NCBI GenBank assembly: GCA_951406725.2 | Contig: OX597832.1 | Span: forward strand, 620,001-684,000 | Direction: 5' to 3' | Length of the DNA stretch: 64,000 nucleotides | From: Octopus vulgaris | Taxonomy: Eukaryota | Shown here: in pieces, positions 51,830 to 64,000 of the stretch | Layout of the letters: every line of letters starts with the position of its first letter | Position numbering within the stretch: the first letter of the stretch is position 1 | Position numbers and translations under genes: made by a program | The notes under the pieces: model-generated | What the model saw: only the letters and a program-made list of their open reading frames with translations | What the model was told of the DNA's origin: nothing | Database searches by the model: none

Positions 51830-53935
51830 CATGACCTTGCTCAGAGTAGGTAGTATAAATGCGCGTGGCCTGGGGTCCACTTGGGAATAAGGTCATTAAC
51901 TCAACGACCGCGGGACATTAAGTGTCGATGTACTGGCCATCAGTGAAACCAGACGCTCCAACCGACAAGCTGTCACGCCCATTTTCGGTGGATACGATAT
52001 ATACATATTTCCATGTCAACCGGAAATGGGAGGTGAAACTGTGGTGTTGTTTCGAAGAGGCCTGAATCTCAAGATAAAGACTATCTTTCTAGACCCAGAA
52101 GGTAAGTTGGTGGCCTTGGGTGTGAACAGTAGTGACGGAAGTGCCCTCAGGCTGGTGGCTGTTTATGCTCCGACAGGAGCAGGACAGCCGGATATCTTCA
52201 GACGTCTGAAGGTTTTCCTAAGAACGTCTCGACCTTTAGTGTTAGTTGGCGATTGGAACGCCATCTTAGAGGCACGCTTGGACTGTGTGGGACTAGCAGA
52301 TAGAAGATGCGGTGGTAAAAACCTCGCAAACCTGTTTAGACATTTCCAACTGTCTGACAGGTACCGCTGGATTTCCCGGTTGTGCCAATGTGGACGTGGA
52401 CGAATCACACCAGTTCATCCAGGTCGGGTCTAGATAGGGTATTCTGCAGGCCAGTAGATAAAGATAGTATAAGTTGTCCACTTTTCAAACTAGTTGGCTC
52501 CACAAGTCACAAATTTGTGATCTGCACAGTCGATTTAGATAAGCTTAGAAGGCAGGGACCCGGTTACTGGCAGCTGAATGCATTACTCCTGGCGTGCTAA
52601 GTGTACAGAGACTGATTAGAGAATTAGTTAAACGGGTGTTGATGGGAGCAATCGTCAGCAACAAATGGCGATATGGGCCGAAAAGGGCAATTAGAGCAGA
52701 ATCAGTGAGATTTAGTAAGGCATTAATGATAGAAAGGAATAAAATAGAAGGGAACTTAATTAGAAACATAGAAAAGGCACTTGGGAAAGTCATTGCAACC
52801 GACGTGCTAGCCGCGAGATTGACACTCGACCAATTTTTCAACGCTAAACACGTAGGTTGCATTGTCAGAGCTAAGGTGCATGTTCTAAGACAAGAAGGAA
52901 CGAAAGGCGCTCGACGGTCCCGAGTGGAAGAGACGCAGCGTAGTAACAAAGCCACAATCCGATCTTTGGTAGAGAAAATTAGAGCATGGTACGCGAGCCC
53001 GAGCAGATATGTGCGGCATTCCAGGAGCACTTCCCTTCATTTGTTGTCAACACCCGCTGAATGGGAGGCTGGACGTGCCGTGGTTGTTGATGCGAAGACA
53101 TGCGCTAAGGGTGCGACATCACCAGTGCTTCTTAGACGGTGAGCAAGTGTGGTTGCCGTTTGTCAGACAGAGCTTTCCACAGCGTCTCTTTGCTTGAGCT
53201 GTAGTCCTGGAGCGTAGACCGAGGAAGGGCACCTGGCACCTAGAGTGTCGTTAGGCGCTCACAGTCCTCTGTCAGTTGAGCAATGCAGTCGGGGTAAGCT
53301 CCACTCAGGCGTTCTATAGAGAGTTAGTAGCGGGCAAGTGCGACGACGTTCTTGGGAGACTCTGTGCATCGTCGAGAATGAGTTGGCTCGGCTGTTCCGA
53401 GGGACTTTTGGGCCGGGGCCCATAGATAACTTCTGGCTTTGCAATCTCTGGCTTTGCAATACTACCAGGGGTCATTGCGGCTTCAGGATAAACTCTACAG
53501 GCATAGAAGTGCCGTTATCCAGGCTTGCCCAGGGTGTAAACGGAGCGACGAAACTGTTATGCACGCCCTTTTTCAGTGCCCGAGCACTGCTGACTTGTGA
53601 TTTTATGTCGAACGCCTGCTGTCCGTGTAGGACGGATCCGTTTATCAGCTAAGTCCATAGTGAAGATCACCCCGCCGTCATCTTTTGGCCAGGAAGAGCA
53701 GGTAGTGTTTCTTTGTTTGGTAGCCTTAGCGAAAGAGGTTGTGTGGTGGACCAGGTTGAAAGGGCTGAAGACAGACACTTTCCTCTTTGGCTAAGCCCTC
53801 ATCAACTTTCTGAAGTTCCATTTGAAAAGGGAAAGCAGTGTAGAGAGGGAAGTGCTACCTCCCAGCAATTTTGTTAAAAGGTGAGTGAATGTAACGCGAA
53901 TGGCCCGAGTGAAGGGCCTGCTCTAAGCATGCGCC
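51830..53935 (+). mobile_element. Tx1/L1-clade LINE relic (APE and C-terminus; RT largely deleted)
   Basis: LRLVAVYAPTG, LVLVGDWNAIL, WTWTN...SGLDRVF, GPGYWQLN. Confidence 0.75.
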
Positions 53936-53959
53936 TCTAGATCAGCCGGTTTTGCATTG

Positions 53960-55376
53960 TGGGCTCCATACAGCAACAACTTCCAAGTTTTTCTGTCAAG
54001 CTTATTTCGTTTCTGGTCCAGTCTATAATTCCAACTCTATATCTGATTAAGGGTACTGTTATTGAATCTATTGCTTCAATGAGATTTTTGGAATTCAGCT
54101 TTGACTACGATAATTTTCTGACTCTCCTTGTGTACTCTCTACTGGTAATTTGTTTCATTTATCCATTTTTATCTCATTTGCTTCCAGTATTCCCAAGTAC
54201 TTATAGCACTGTTCTTTCTCAATCGCTCTCATTGTTTGTTCATTTGGAATTTCAATTCCCTGGATTCTTTCATATCCTCTTCGTTTCATTTTCAATATAG
54301 CGCACTTTTCTATTCCAAATTCCATACCTACGTCACTTGAGAAAATGCAGATAGTATGTACAAGACTTCCAACATGTTCCTCATTTTTCGCATAAACCTT
54401 TATATCATCCATGAAAAGGAGATGATTATTCTGACCATTTCTTTTTCCCAAATTGTAAGCAATTTTAACTTTTTGTAGTATCATAGTGAGCAGTGTCATG
54501 GCCAATACGAATAGTAATGGAGATAAGCTATCACCCTGGAATATTCACGTCTACGGTCACTTTTCCGAGTTTTTGTTTTCCTTCGATCAATTCAGTATTC
54601 CAATGTTTCATACTTTCATTAAGCATTCTCTCTATGTTTTTTGCTATTCCTAACATACTCATTATTTTGCTTACCCAGCTGTGTAGTACGATGTCATATG
54701 CCTTTTTGTAATCTAGCCATCTGCGTCTGCAATTTCTAATTATCATTTTATCAACTAGTAAGTGATCTTTTGCTGTCCTACTTTGTTTCATGCATCCTTT
54801 CTATTCTTCTGGAAGTAGATTATTACTTTCCAGATGGTTATATAATTCTTCTGCTAAGACACCAGTCATAAGCTTCCACATTAGTGGTAAACAGGTTATA
54901 GTTCGAAAATTTGACGCCAAGTTTCCTTTCAAGGGATCCTTGAGGCACAGCAGCGTTCGTCCACTTCTCATTCAGGCAGGTATGTGACCTTGCTGTAGGT
55001 AGTCATCCAGTTGCACAGCGATCCTTTCTTGCAACTGTCTAAAGTTTTTCAGCCTTGTACTCCATTTCTAGTCCTTTCCAATTTGCCGTTTTTTAACTTC
55101 CATTTCATGTATATAGATTAATTCTGACGTTCTTTTGTCTTGGTACTGTTGCAAGTTGTCTTTCCACTTTTGTTAGCCACTCTGCGCTTTCTTTATGTCT
55201 CACCGGCCAGTTCCACAGCCTTCCCCAAAATTCTTTACTTTCTTCCGCATCTGGAATCAGCTCCTGGTATTGGCAGCCCTCTATTTCCTCAAATAGACAC
55301 CTTCTATTTGATTGAAACAGTCTATTCTGTTCGAAATATTTGCATCTAGCGTCATATCTTTTGAATTTAGTCTTTA
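53960..55376 (-). mobile_element. Dong/R4-clade LINE RT relic
   Basis: EQNRLFQSN; [17 protein letters not shown]; WLDYKKAYD...HSW; NHLLFMDDIKVYAK; GMEFGIEKCA; YKYLGILE. Confidence 0.8.
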
Positions 55377-55380
55377 ATTG

Positions 55381-55412
<32 letters not shown>

Positions 55413-55810
55413 GGTGGTATTTCATATCCACACAACAGATTAAACTATTAGAAAAGAAAAATTCCTAAGATCGGGCTACAAGTAATCTTAGATACCAAGA
55501 ACCTTCTTAAGTATCTTAATACTGTTTTTTGGAGCTGCGTTAAACTAGGTTTTATGCCTATTTCCTCAATTCATCTGTTCAAGTCTAGGGATAGTGCTTA
55601 ATGCACTTATAACTACAACGATGCATTTTACCCGCACTTTCCATAGCTTCTATAACTCAATGACTAGATCCTGCACTTCGCTATGTCCTCCATACCTTTC
55701 TTATTGACTTTCTTGTCACTGTAAAATCAATTCTTTGGTATGTTCTATTCTCTTTGTCTACTGCTACTATATCAGACCATCTAGCTTCTATTACTCTGTC
55801 AGCCTGAATG
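55377..55810 (-). mobile_element. 3' end of a second Dong/R4-like element (restriction-like endonuclease relic) with (CAC)n(CAA)n tail
   Basis: Manual translation DRVIEARWSDIVAVDK...QDLVIEL*KLWKV..KCIVVVISAL (RPDI-type RLE). Confidence 0.6.
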
Positions 55811-57029
55811 TTAAAATTTCAATTATTCTGTCAGTCTGAATGTTAAAATCCTATTGCTCTGTCAGTTTGAATGGTATTACTTTGTCATGATTTCGTGGAA
55901 TGTTAATCAGCCTTTTTAATTATTTGTCTTTACTATCTTTTTATTTTTCATAATCCTCTTCTTACATTTTTTCATCTCTCTCTCTCTCCCTCTCTCTCCT
56001 TCTCTCTCCCTCTCTCCCTATCTCTCTCCCTCTCTCCCTCTCCCTCCTCTCCTCTCCATTTCTCCCCCTCTCCTCCTCCTCTTTCTCTCTCTCATTTTCT
56101 TCTTTCTTCTCTCTCTTAGCATACTTATTTCTTTCATCTTACTCTTGACATACCTTCTCTCCCAAATCAATGTTTCTTTGTGAATATCATTGTGTTCTCT
56201 GCTACACAAATGTAAATACCCTTCTCTCAACTCAGACTGTCTACTATGTGTCCATCCTTTGTATTACCTGAGCTTGTTGGCCTTGACTTCATAATCAGTT
56301 TTATTTAGTAGCATAAGCGTTTTCTGTCTTTTTAATCTCTTTACTCCATGTCCTTCTCTAAGCATGTCATTATGGTTACTTTCTCACTACGACATTCTGA
56401 GGCCCTCCCACTGATATTATTTATAACAGTGTTCACCCATGTGCAAGCATATTACATCGTTAGAAGGTCATAATAAAATGATGGGATTGGGTTTCATTTA
56501 TATCGTATGAAATCATATAATCATTGTTTATATTTCTTTCAGTATATTAAATGATTCATCTACACCACCTTTACTGAAACGATCGAAAGCGGATGATAAA
56601 TGCGATGCCAATATTTTCATACCTCTATTTGTTTTATGTTATGCTTCGATGAAAATTTCCTGGATTTTCAGTTTGCAAGGAATACTTTAGATTTACTGGA
56701 TTCTTTTTCATTTCTGTACATCCTGTTAGCCGGAAGTTCACATTAGTGCTAACTGAAATCTTTGCTTCGCTTTCACAATAAAGCTTCCTTTATAAAAGTA
56801 ATATATTTATACACAAGTGTGTTTCTCCTACATCATTACCCTCGTCGTACAGTGGTGAGGTGATATAAGTAACATATTCAGTTTTTGTAGAGTAGAGGGC
56901 CTCACTGACACTTCTCTAATTGGGCTCCGCACTTCCTAGCGCCGGCCCTGGTTATTACAAAATATGTTAATTATATCATCTCACCACTGTATTGTGACAT
57001 GCTCTGTGACAAAACTAAGTTCTTGTGAA

Positions 57030-57620
57030 CAACATATTTAGAAGCTATGGGTTTCATCTAATAGGAGTGGAGGAGCTGCAATCTGTTGTTCACAGTCTCT
57101 AACCAAGTTCAGTATCAAGGACAGGGAGTCTATTGTTAGAGTGCCTAGTGGGGTAATCTATAGTTACTTCGATACTTTGGTGGATGGAGTTAGCTACATA
57201 CTGGATGCTCTCCATTATGCTCCTCTCGGTTTCTACATTACAGTTACGAGAGTTTGTCCTAACTACAATATTAATGTCATCTACATACCTACACTAAAGC
57301 AAAACAGTTGTGGATATTTCCGCTAAGGATTGTTTAAGTTTTCTGTCCCACCAGCTCATGAAGAGGCTGGCCACATCTCCAGTCACACCGACACCAAAGG
57401 CTGCACATTGAACCTGCATGTAAAGTTTCCTGTTAAACTTTACTATGTGGTTCTTCAAGGTGGTTCTTATGATAGCCCCTATTGCGTGTGCAATCATTCT
57501 ATTCGCCTGACTGTTGTTCTCAGGGTCCTGGGAGGGTATGGTCCAACCACTTCAGCGCTCTGCGGTGCCTTTCTTTACTGCCGATGTGATGGTACGTGGT
57601 CCTCCCCTCTGTGACCTGGC
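57030..57620 (-). mobile_element. Degenerate PLE-type RT fragment
   Basis: NHIVKFNRKLYMQ...FGVGVTGDVASLFMSWWD, then YVDDI (57272-57286) after a frameshift. Confidence 0.6.
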
Positions 57621-57825
57621 GGAGCAGAATCTACTAAGGTCGTTGGAGTGGTTGCAACTTCTGATTCTACTGAGGAGATCCTCGTGCTCACACGGACAGC
57701 TGCACTGATCTCAGGCCTCTACCACCTTCATTTCGTCTTAACTAGAGCCTGTCAATACCACTGTTTCTGTGGAAGTTCCCAGTTGTAGTCAGGATTTTTT
57801 CGGGTTCTGATATCTATGGAGCGGA

Positions 57826-58190
57826 TTGTATGTATGTATGTATGCATGCATGTATGCATGTATGTATGTATGTATGTATGTATGTATGTATGTATGTATG
57901 TATGTGTATTTATGTGTGTCTATATATGTGTGCGTGTGTGTGTGCATGTGTGTATATGTGCAAGTGTTTGTGTATGTGCATGTGTGTGTATGTGCATGTG
58001 TGCGTTATGCATGTGTGTGTATGTGCATGTGCTTGTGTATATGCATGTGTGTGTATATGCATGCGTGTGTATGTACATGTGTTTGTGTATGTGCATGTGT
58101 GTGTTTGTGCATGTGTGTGTGCGAGTGCATGTACGTATGTATGTGTGTATATACTCACACATGCACACAGCCACACATACACATACACAT
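57826..58190. repeat. (TATG)n/(TG)n low-complexity tract
   Basis: Direct inspection. Confidence 0.9.
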
Positions 58191-58419
58191 ATATTCTTTT
58201 ACAAGAATCGCGTTGACAGTAACTTCGGAGTTTCGGCCTGTTTAACCTTCATTGCACAGTTCGCTGAAACCTAAGCAGGCCGAATCTTCGAAGTCATTGT
58301 TAACCTTATTCTTGTCAAAGTATAATAAATATGTACTCTACAAAATGTATTGAGTAACCCTTCAGTTTAATGTTCCAGGACCTATGCAAACGGACCTTGT
58401 TGATACCAGATACCATCTT

Positions 58420-58860
58420 TGTTTCTAAGGTAACAAGGCAACTAATCTTACGGGAATTAACTGTGCTCTAGGAAGAGAAGATAAATGACACACAAGTGAA
58501 GAAGAGGGTTGAGTACCAGAAGTTGGTGGTGGACTGTCGCAAGAGCGGATAGATGACCAAAAATTTGCCATTGGAGAACAACTAGACGTTTGCCAGCGAA
58601 GGTGGGCAATTGATGATTCGCAAGTCATTCTCTTATCAATGCGGCTCTATGCATTGCTGAAATGAGCAGAAGAAAAGTCAAGAGTAATGTAGAGGCTACT
58701 GAAAAAACGACTAGATAGTCCTAGTTGAAAAGATCCAAGAGGTGACCGGCGGGATCACTAGAATGCCAGCTGCATACAGGTCTATGCTTGATCCACCTCG
58801 GTCAAGCCTGGATGAGCGTATATGTTATCAGATCCCAGACACCCAGTGATACTGATACTA
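58420..58860 (+). mobile_element. HERO/R2-superfamily LINE 3' relic (RLE domain)
   Basis: LILRELTVL*EE...KKRVEYQKLVVDCRKSG* resembles ELTVPWEE...RK..KY..L...C...GW. Confidence 0.5.
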
Positions 58861-59929
58861 AGGGCAGATTTTGCATCTATAAATGTATGTAACATTAAAA
58901 AATGTTTCGTAATAAACATAATTCGTAGCGCTAACAAAATTAGGATAAATTCGTAACATAAATCCTCATAAACATTCTTATATTGTTTATGAGAAATTGA
59001 AATACACACACTCCCTGTCTCACGCGCGCGCACACACGCACAAGCAAACAAACACACACACAAACATATGTGTATATACATGTGTACATGCGCAATGTGA
59101 GTGGAGAGAGAGAAAGAGAAAGTGGGGAGGGAAAAGAGAGAGAAAATAACTATCGGTCAATCTCTGGCAATGAAGTTAAATATTATCTGTTGATCTTCCG
59201 CTGTCAATGTCATTTAAGTATCGAATTGCTAGTAAACAAACAATTTCACTCATCTCTTTCTCCCTACTTTTCCATCTCTTCTGTTACCATCCGCCTATTT
59301 CACAACTATAAGAAAGGATGCAACAGTGAAAAGTCCTAGCAAATAATTTTTATATTCTAATTTCTAAAACTAGGTTCTCTAGTATATAAAAATAGCTTGC
59401 CTTTCCTCGGATGGCATTAGTTATTAAAATAGCATGATGCAATCATAATTTCTGAAAACAGCCAAAAGGATGTAGTAAATTATTAAATTAGTTTTCAACC
59501 GCCATCGTTCCTAACGTCCAGACAACTCATCTTATTGTTCAGCATCTCTATCCTGATTTAACTTTACTATTTAGACCAGTAATCATAGAAATACTTTTAT
59601 ACATTCTTGAACAATTAAGTTCTCCATGGAAAGAAATGATAATGAACTCGCAATATTGCAAAGCTGTCGATAACCACAGCAGCTAAAATACGCAAAACTT
59701 CTTTGAAGTTTAGAATTTACTTCAATATTTACTTGTTGGTGCTTGAACCTAGGTCAGCTCTGACTAAACAGATCTATGATCAAAGTCATTCCAACTCAAT
59801 CCAATCAGCCTTTTTAGCTCTGCATTTTCAAATGTGCCCTTCTCAGATTTAAGGTGGTTGGTGTGTGCTCTTTTAGAAAAGTAGCTAGTCTTCATAATCG
59901 ACTGTACTTAGTATTCCTGGAGGAATAGT

Positions 59930-60200
59930 CTCTTTGCACCTTTCTTTTCACTAGCTTTCTTTCCGTTCGCTTCTGTCATCTTCATTTCCTCTTCTACCGA
60001 TCTCCACCAGGTAACCCATGAGTGTCCGATTTTCATTTCCCTTATAAGTTCCAATTCAAGGCTTGCCTTTTCAAACATTCTTCTCATTTTTTAACATATG
60101 ACCTAGCCATCTCTACTTGCATTTGTTGGATGATAAGCTCCTGTTTGGTTTTGGCTCGGAAGTCTTTGTTACTCACACTTTCTGGATAGGCTGCTTCTGG
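59930..60200 (-). mobile_element. Old RTE LINE 3' fragment
   Basis: YPESVSNKDF, RWLGHML, WVTWWRSVEEE motifs on the minus strand. Confidence 0.45.
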
Positions 60201-60298
60201 TGAACCTGTTTATATTTGAAATTTATATTTTGAAATTTTCTCATGATATTTGTGTTCATTTGCCATAACGGCTAAGCAGGAAAGATTTGACATTGCTG

Positions 60299-60341
<43 letters not shown>

Positions 60342-60354
60342 TATATTGTTGTAT

Positions 60355-60550
60355 TAGGAATGGTCATTTTGCCAGTTTAGCCAATAAAAACACACACACT
60401 ATATATTTTGTGTTACTTTGGTGACGAAAGAACTCTGGCCGAAATAAGATTATGATTAATGTATAAAAATGAATAACGCTGAAGCAAAGTAACACCAAAT
60501 ATATAAAGCGTGTATTTTTATTGGCTAAACTGGCAAAATGACCATTCCTA
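60355..60550. repeat. ~65-bp inverted repeat module between (TA)n runs (pLTR-like)
   Basis: TTAGGAATGGTCATTTTGCCAGTTTAGCCAATAAAAA (60355) and its reverse complement ending 60550. Confidence 0.75.
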
Positions 60551-60609
60551 AATATCTGTTTCAACACACGATTTTACATCAAAAATCTTGCAAAACAAAT
60601 ATATAAATG

Positions 60610-60677
<68 letters not shown>

Positions 60678-60959
60678 TTTTATTCTTTTACATTTCAGCC
60701 CTAAGACGCTGGGAGAAAATCATATTTTTAATTGTTGATTCCGCCATACAATACCGACAATCGATTCTGTTGTATTAACATATTTAGATACAGAAAATGT
60801 CAGTGAAATTAATATATCCGAAAATACATTTTGATAAAACGTTATCAAGGCAATCCAAAGTAGTTAAAATCAAAGTGAACTAAGAAAATATCTCTAGTAG
60901 ACGAACGCATACAACAACAAAAAAAATGTTAAGAAGAAATATAATATTCTAAGAAAACC

Positions 60960-63900
60960 TATTTTGGTATACATATCTATGAATGCGCTGGATGGCTTTC
61001 TTCTACGAGAATCCATCAACCACTACATCTGCGGCTAAGTTTGGCTTCAAATCCCGATAGTGCCTCCCACGTATGAAAGATCATGAGAACTTTGAGACTG
61101 ACCTATGGAACATTGTAAAGAAGATAAGGTTTAGGCATTATTCTAACTCCTTACTTAAATTCTTAAATGACTATATGACCATATTAAACAATTACCCAAC
61201 CTGCACACCCTCGCAGACAAAACAGAATATTTATGAAACAAACACTCCCACACACTGAAGTATCCTCACAAGCGCCATCGCCAAAACATAGAAGAAAACC
61301 CGTAATTCCACATACAATGAAATAAACAGAGAAGCAAAGGAACTAGTTACCCGCCTTGATATAGAGAATCACGTGGACTGTTTCACCACGCAAACTTTCA
61401 CATACTACACTTAAGGACCATAATCCCAATTTCCTCTCCAATCCGAAACGTAGGCTGATCAACCCTTCCAAAAGCGAGACAGGTATCATTAGCAAGCGTA
61501 TTCTCGACACTATCAACTCTTACATTAGAAGGGCTACGGGGTTGACTGAATAGAATTCCAGCGCAGCTGTGATCAACTGGTTCCGCGGTATCGAGAGTAA
61601 GTCAGTTTGCAGGTTCACTCAGTTCGATATTGTTGACCCTTCATATCTAAGCCCTTCCTTCAGAAGGCCCTAACTTTTGCTGACCAATTTACCAGCATAA
61701 GTGACCTCGATATCAGAATCATCATGAATTCCAGGAAGTCAATTCTGGTCGACGACGATTCCTTCTGGGTGAAGAAAGAAGGGGATCTATTGTTCGATGT
61801 CTCTATGTGGAGCTATGACGGGGTTGAAATCGCCGACCTCGTTGGGTTATACATTTTAGATACCCTCAAGAGACGTACTCATCTACATAGGTCGGCCTTC
61901 TCTAGGGACGACGGCCTGGCTATGTCAAGCCATATGAACGGCCACACCATGAACAAGTTCAGGAAGGACTTGATAAAAATATCTAAAGAATTCGGCCTGT
62001 CCTTAACAGTTACCACCAACCTGACTACGGTCGATTTCTTGGACGTAACCTTAGACCTGAACACGAGCAAGCACTACCTTCACAGGAAGCATAATGAAGA
62101 AACGGTACACATCCACAAGAGCTCAACCCTACCCCGCTGTAATTAGAAACCTGGTTTCAGACATTAACAAACGGGTATCTAAACTCTCGGCCACCAGGGA
62201 GATCTTTAATAGGGCCGCCCCCGACACTACAACGATGCTTTGGCTAGGAGCGGGTTTACTGAGAAACGATCGCCAACCACCACCCCTCACTCCAAGAGGA
62301 ATAGGTAAAGGAAAATTATATAGTTTAACCTCACCATTCAACCTACAAGTTTCTACTGACGTAGCTAGGGACTTCCTGCCGTTAATTAAGAAACATTTCC
62401 CAAATGCCATAAGTATTACAAACTCTTAAACCATTATAATGTCAAGGCGAGCTGCTCCTGCTTAGACAACATCACATCTAACATCGCACGCATCAACAGA
62501 CGAAAATGCACCTGCACACGCCCCAACCACAACCTGCAACTTCCGAAACCTGACCACCTGAAAGATCCTACATCTCAAGGGCCGTAGTATACAAAGCCAC
62601 TCTTTCACCATCCGATGACATCATTAGGCACTACATGGTATGGCAACCAATGACTTTAAGGGCGGCACATGCATTCTTTCCAGGGTTAGAGAGAACTGTA
62701 CTTCGTGGTCTCACTTTCTCAGGAAAGTACGTGACCTCCGAGATGAAACACTTAGCATCAAGTGGTCAATTGTCAAAAGGGCACCACCATATTCAACCGG
62801 TACCCCTAATTTCCAGCTCTGCCTCCTCGAAAAACTGCGTATCCTCGACCCTACCCGCAATATCCATCAACAAGAAAAACGATCTATCCTACTGTTGTCA
62901 CCAGAGGCATGCCCTACTGGTAAATTTCAAGCCACTGACTGCCGACAACCTGGATATACAACCTTAGCACCAGCTGCTCCTCTGTACCACCTGCACCAAG
63001 GTTACCGTCACCAACTAGCTCCTGTGAGCAGGGCCGCCAATCACCAATCCTCAACGCTTGTTCATGCCTCTCCACCTACATATCCTCACCCCTTGTACAT
63101 GCACACCCATACAAGTATGTACAAGCACTACGTTTACGCGCGCAAGTGGATATGCAGGTGCACCCTGTGTGTGTGTGGATATATATATATGTGTGTGTGT
63201 GTGTACGCGCTCGAGTATGTGTACATCTACATGTACATGCAAACATGCACAATAGTATGTATACACACGCGCGCGCGAGTACACATATGTGTGCATGCGC
63301 GTTTGCATGTATATGCACACGCGTACACATGTATACATGTGTGTATGTATGGATGTATATGTGTGTGTGCGTATGTGTGTATATTCTTTTATTCTTTTAC
63401 TCGTTTCAGCCATGCGGCTGCGGTCATGCTGGAGTACCACCGTGTATACATTTATGTATATGTAATATGTGCGTATGTATGTGTGTGTGTTTGTGTGTGT
63501 GTGCGTTCTTGTACACCTAGGCACACATGCACGCACACGCGTGGTTGCAAACACCCCCCCCCACACACACACACACACAGAAACATAAGCACATACACTC
63601 ACACACCCGCGTGCACGCGCGCACACATCCATACAATCGTAGTTATCGTGTATGCACATATACAAATACATACACGCATCCACATCAGTGTGCGTATGCG
63701 CGCATACTTATAACCAGAGATATATTTTCACACCGCCTCTTCTCCTTTGCCATCCAACCACGCGACCGATGCTGTTGCATCAAACTGTGATACTGCGTGA
63801 CCTTCTTCGACCAATCGTAGCCCATCTACCGGTAATAACATCTGACTTTCTCCAACTATTTCTTATTCAAATTTCGAATGGCTGAGAATTAACATCACGC

Positions 63901-63960
63901 CTTGAAACTTGAAGTACCATGGAATTACTTTAAATAAGGTGCATATTCAGATGACAAGGA
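60960..63960 (+). mobile_element. Naiad-like PLE, near full length but heavily mutated (RT, GIY-YIG, CA/TG-rich tail, terminal HHR relic 63878-63920)
   Basis: TLKDHNPNF..NPKRRLINPSKSE; QFDIVD; FDVSMWSYDGVEIADLVGLYIL; RDDGL; VDFLDVTLDL; AVVYKA..Y; IKWSIVK; LCLLEK. HHR relic ATGG-CTGAGAA...GAAA-CTTGAAG-TA-CCAT. Confidence 0.85.
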
Positions 63961-64000
63961 AATCTAAAGATAAAGATTTATTTTCACAATTGAAAGAGTT

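Overview
AT-rich, microsatellite-saturated eukaryotic DNA with no recognisable host exon. The SINE families and the (TA)n/(CA)n load suggest an octopus or related cephalopod (inference). The window is almost entirely transposable-element debris: Tc1/mariner and maT relics, non-autonomous Helitrons, RTE, CR1-group, Tx1/L1, Dong/R4 and HERO-like LINE relics, a Gypsy relic, about 10 tRNA-derived SINEs, and many Penelope-like elements (PLEs; Neptune-like and Naiad-like). The main signal not visible in the ORF track is about 20 type-I hammerhead ribozyme (HHR) motifs, found by eye, in PLE pseudo-LTRs (pLTRs) and ORF-less modules inserted into (TA)n runs. Many of these modules are fold-back inverted duplications, the largest a ~4.3 kb palindrome. 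Several families carry non-canonical cores (U3-A8 compensated, U4C, A6U), and one forms a 365-nt retrozyme-like tandem unit. Also notable: a SINE family sharing its 3' end with a near-intact CR1-group LINE, and a MITE containing telomere-like (CCCTAA)n repeats. Family assignments come from motif recognition, not database searches, and most element boundaries are approximate.
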